DNA from: Candidatus Heimdallarchaeum endolithica
GTDB lineage: Archaea > Asgardarchaeota > Heimdallarchaeia > Heimdallarchaeales > Heimdallarchaeaceae
Direction of reading: 5' to 3'
Assembly: GCA_021513715.1 (NCBI GenBank)
Contig: CP084167.1
Coordinates: forward strand, 3,262,784 to 3,326,783
DNA: 64,000 nt
The translations under genes were made by a program, and so were the position numbers. Shown piece by piece: positions 61,989 to 64,000 of the stretch; position 1 is the stretch's first letter; every line of letters starts with the position of its first letter. The notes beneath the pieces are model-generated. The model did not search any database, had not been told where the DNA came from, and saw nothing but the letters and a program-made list of their open reading frames with translations.

Positions 61989-63071
61989 ATGACCACTTTC
62001 TTAAGAAAGTATAAAAAGAAAAAAGAGATTATTTATATGAAAAAAATGAAACAAAAACAGTTTCATGAAGCAGAATACTATGAAAAATTAGAAAGTAATT
62101 TAGTTCGTTGCCGCTTGTGTCCAAGGAATTGTGTAATTAAAGTGAATGATTTAGGTGATTGTAAGGCTAGGCAAAATATTGATGGAAAACTTTATTCGTT
62201 AGGTTATAGCCGTTTTACTTCCGTTCATGCAGATCCTATAGAAAAGAAACCTCTCTATCATTATAAACCAGGAACAAGAACCATGAGTTTTGGTTCTGCA
62301 GGTTGTAACCTTCATTGCGATTTCTGCCAAAATTGGTCAATAAGTCAAGTAGCTGCAACTAATGGTTCATTACATCATGTCTCTTCTCAAGAAGCTATCT
62401 CTTACACAGTAAAACATCGTTGTGAATCAATAGCTTTCACTTATAATGAGCCATTGATAAATTTTGAATGGATAAAAGAGACTTCAAAACTTGCACATGA
62501 AAGGAATTTAGGAACAGTGTTAGTATCCAATGGATTAATTAATGAAAAACCTCTAAAAGAGCTTATACCTTTAATTGATGCTGCTAATATAGACATTAAA
62601 TCCTTTGAGATGGATTTCTATAAAGAAATCTGTCATTTTCCAGGACTTGAAAGGATAAAAAAGAACGTTAAATTGATGGTTGAAGGAGGAATGCATGTAG
62701 AATTAACTATGCTTATAATTCCTGGATTTAACGATAATGCTGATTCAATCTCTGAATTTGTTTTATGGGTGAAAAATGAATTAAGTGATCGAATACCTGT
62801 TCATTTTAGCCGCTTTTACCCCCACTTTAAAATGCAACATGTTCCTCCTACTCCCCCAGAAACAATCTATAAAGCAAGAGAGATTGCATTAGAGAAAGGG
62901 CTAAAGTATGTTTTTGTGGGAAATTTGCCTGCAGAAGAATATAATCATACATTATGTCCAAACTGTAATGCAGTCCTAGTAAGCAGATATTTTTACAGTA
63001 TCTCTATTGATGCTTTGGAAAAAGATGGAACATGTGCAAAATGTAAAGCTAAAACAGACATTATAGTATAA
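61989..63071 (+). CDS. amrS: AmmeMemoRadiSam system radical SAM enzyme
   Basis: CRLCPRNC, DPIEKKPLYH, GCNLHCDFCQNW, FTYNEP, HFSRFYP. Confidence 0.9.
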   Translation: MTTFLRKYKKKKEIIYMKKMKQKQFHEAEYYEKLESNLVRCRLCPRNCVIKVNDLGDCKARQNIDGKLYSLGYSRFTSVHADPIEKKPLYHYKPGTRTMSFGSAGCNLHCDFCQNWSISQVAATNGSLHHVSSQEAISYTVKHRCESIAFTYNEPLINFEWIKETSKLAHERNLGTVLVSNGLINEKPLKELIPLIDAANIDIKSFEMDFYKEICHFPGLERIKKNVKLMVEGGMHVELTMLIIPGFNDNADSISEFVLWVKNELSDRIPVHFSRFYPHFKMQHVPPTPPETIYKAREIALEKGLKYVFVGNLPAEEYNHTLCPNCNAVLVSRYFYSISIDALEKDGTCAKCKAKTDIIV

Positions 63072-63179
63072 GCTAAAAGCTCAAAAAAATGTTCAAGAGA
63101 CTAAAAAAATAAGTTTTGCGTAGAAAATAATTTAAAAAAGACTTAAAAATAAGTATTAACGAGTGTTAAGTGGAAAAAA

Positions 63180-63887
63180 ATGAATGAAAAAAAGGATAAC
63201 AAAGAAAAAAAAGACATTAACATTATAAAACTAGAGAAGGGAGAAACAGTTGATTTAAGTAAAGCTTTAGGTTCAAGTAAAAGATTAAACATTCTAAAAT
63301 ATACAGCAGAAGAAGAGTTAAACCTTTCTGAAATTGCAGAAAAAATAAACAGTACTCCTCAAGCAGTTTATCATCATTTACAAATTCTAGAAAAATCAAA
63401 ACTCATCAGGGTAGTGAGAGAAGAAAAAATAAAAAATATGGATAAAACAATAAAATATTATAGGAGCAATTTCCATCCAGAGGCTATTAATCTAATTTTG
63501 TGGGCTCCTCTGGATAACCTTGATTTTGAACAATTACAAGAAAGAGTGCCTCTTTCAAAATTACCAATTGAGAGAATAGCCAGAAAAATATCAAATGTCA
63601 TGTTTCAAGATAAAACAGAATATAAAACAGATATTCTAACAAAATTATTGGAAGGATTAATAAATGAAACACATCACAGTATGCAAGCACTAAAAGAAGA
63701 GTATGGACTAGAACTAGATGAAAAACTGTGGAATTTAATGCTTTTGTTCTCTCAATTATCAACTTTGAATGCATTCAAAAAAACAATGGAAAATGAGAAG
63801 TTAAAGAAAAACTTCGATGATTTAGTAGCACTGTTAGCAGAAGAAATGTTCGAAGAAGTATTGATAGAGAAAAAAGAAATAGAATGA
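63180..63887 (+). CDS. ArsR-like winged-helix transcriptional regulator
   Basis: KALGSSKRLNILK..LSEIAEKI..PQAVYHHLQILEKSKLI..KYY. Confidence 0.85.
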   Translation: MNEKKDNKEKKDINIIKLEKGETVDLSKALGSSKRLNILKYTAEEELNLSEIAEKINSTPQAVYHHLQILEKSKLIRVVREEKIKNMDKTIKYYRSNFHPEAINLILWAPLDNLDFEQLQERVPLSKLPIERIARKISNVMFQDKTEYKTDILTKLLEGLINETHHSMQALKEEYGLELDEKLWNLMLLFSQLSTLNAFKKTMENEKLKKNFDDLVALLAEEMFEEVLIEKKEIE

Positions 63888-63926
63888 AGTAACAACAAAT
63901 AACCTTGATTGTTTCTTAAAAAATAA

Positions 63927-64000
63927 TGGTGCACGAGCCGGGAATTGAACCCGGATTTGTAGAATGGGAGTCTACGGTCCTACCATTAGACTACTCGTGC
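63927..64000 (-). tRNA. tRNA-Gly(CCC), CCA encoded
   Basis: Reverse complement GCACGAG-TAGTCTAATGGTAGGACC-GTAGA-CTCCCAT-TCTAC-AAAT-CCGGG-TTCAATT-CCCGG-CTCGTGC-A-CCA. Confidence 0.95.

Overview
AT-rich, gene-dense archaeal chromosome segment, most consistent with an Asgard (Heimdallarchaeia-like) archaeon. This is an inference from membrane-anchored LonB, type II MetAP and a C/D-box guide RNA, plus eukaryotic-signature-type proteins: RING finger, Rab-like GTPase, longin-like, TRAP-beta-like, Get3 and C2-like. Housekeeping content includes pyrE/F/C/K/D, glpK, etfAB, M42 peptidase, tldD/pmbA, a Dus enzyme, three radical SAM genes, two MacB/FtsX-type ABC systems, three tandem DegV genes and tRNA-Gly(CCC). 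Mobile DNA comprises an intact ISH3-type IS that splits an ABC permease (7-bp TSD), a truncated inverted copy of it, and a TnpB-only element. The top finding is that lonB is broken into two coupled ORFs inside its intein, giving an apparent naturally split, endonuclease-retaining intein that would need protein trans-splicing. Other highlights are a TnpB with a Fanzor-type rearranged RuvC active site and a structured omega-RNA region, a C/D sRNA predicted to guide 16S Cm1402, and a circularly permuted single-lobe family-5 solute-binding protein. All assignments come from motif reading by eye; no searches were run.
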